A program made the translations under genes and the position numbers. Shown in pieces: positions 63,609 to 64,000 of a stretch of 64,000 nucleotides of DNA. The stretch comes from Dictyostelium discoideum. Lineage: Eukaryota. The stretch's first letter is position 1, and the number at the start of each line of letters is the position of its first letter. The DNA lies in the NCBI GenBank assembly GCA_000004695.1, contig CM000155.2, positions 3,008,001 to 3,072,000 on the forward strand, read 5' to 3'. Under the pieces are notes generated by a model. That model was not told the origin of the DNA, made no database searches, and saw only the letters and a list, made by a program, of their open reading frames with translations.

Positions 63609-64000
63609 GAAACCCCTTAATTATTACTTACATATATCTAACATTTTCAGTATAACAGCCATTTGGATAAATAGTTTCATTAAAACCTGACCATAAATTT
63701 ACATAATCAAATACATAACGAGCACAAAAACTTCTAAATGTATTAAGTTTATTGAATTGCATTACACCATCAATACCTAATGCTTTAATTTTAGCAACAC
63801 CTTTATAATAGGCAAGTTTACAATGTTGAGCATATTCAACCATATTTTTATTAAACTCTTGTTCAAATGTTTCAATTTTACTTTCTGATATTCCCCATAT
63901 TTTTCCATTTGTTGAACCTTCCTTTAATAATAATAAATGAAGTGTAGCCTAATTTAAAAGAGGGAAAAAAAAATTAGTAAAAGATCATAAAAAAAAAAAT
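62194..64000 (-). CDS. partial multi-exon gene (≥4 exons; 5' end beyond the window) encoding a Cys-containing, probably secreted protein of unrecognised family
   Basis: Exon-like blocks lie at ~63628-63990, 63260-63470, 62900-63180 and 62194-62827. They are joined by GTATGT/GTAAGT donors and TAG/AAG acceptors with consistent phases; for example, ...MSCH(ta)|gtatgt...aag|(t)AKDMDRGGYSDLG. The encoded segments include YYYPSCDFLEKIF, GGYDVQPRYISYPSG and QPINIYNDNWLYNNIATVVNAQKFF. No confident homology was found. Confidence 0.5.

Overview
This window is AT-rich (~75-80% A+T) eukaryotic nuclear DNA with the hallmarks of Dictyostelium discoideum (or a very close dictyostelid). Three things support that reading. 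(1) Intergenic regions are full of long poly(dA)/poly(dT) tracts. (2) Introns are short and AT-rich, with GTAAGT/GTATGT donors and (T)nAG acceptors. (3) Coding regions are rich in AAT/CAA homopolymer runs (poly-N, poly-Q). There is no prokaryotic operon, CRISPR or defence-island structure here, and I do not claim one.

The window holds about 22 protein-coding genes, most with 1-3 small introns; I reconstructed these by hand from the ORF track, splice signals and remembered homologues. Recognised products, in order along the window:
- rps21 (40S ribosomal protein S21)
- RFC small subunit (rfc3)
- Mre11 nuclease
- a bacterial-type tRNA(Ile)-lysidine synthetase (TilS) with a mitochondrial-looking presequence
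- a p24/emp24 cargo receptor
- a large low-complexity hypothetical protein
- a conserved Cys-motif protein of unknown family
- the bacterial-type polyphosphate kinase PPK1
- TMEM147
- splicing factor SF1/BBP
- MOB1
- a mitochondrial carnitine/acylcarnitine-type carrier
- poly(A)-binding protein
- the RNA polymerase I second-largest subunit
- a LYAR-type zinc-finger nucleolar protein with a huge Ser/Asp/Glu-Lys repeat
- GINS subunit Psf2
- a GH25 lysozyme
- a small LIM protein
- a Rubicon-homology (DEF8/Rubicon-like) protein
- a small roadblock/longin-like protein
- ESF2/ABT1
- a partial secreted-protein gene at the right edge

The most structured non-genic content is at the two ends. Four tRNA genes are present: Asp-GUC, two identical Glu-UUC, and an intron-containing Tyr-GUA. 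Each has a downstream external B-box. Two of them carry tRNA-targeted non-LTR retrotransposon TRE5-A insertions about 45-48 bp upstream, head-to-head with the tRNA. The left locus has one TRE5-A.2-type element flanked by an 18-bp target-site duplication. The right locus has two TRE5-A elements in tandem, separated and flanked by three copies of the same 15-bp target-site duplication, which points to two successive hits at the same integration position.

Other observations worth a second look:
- a roughly 1.1-kb array of degenerate hairpin units, each followed by an oligo-T run, just beyond the left TRE5-A
- a GC-richer 130-bp island next to it
- a TRE5 C-module-like remnant upstream of the second tRNA-Glu
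- a candidate unannotated 69-aa two-exon gene
- a likely unrecognised 5' exon of mre11
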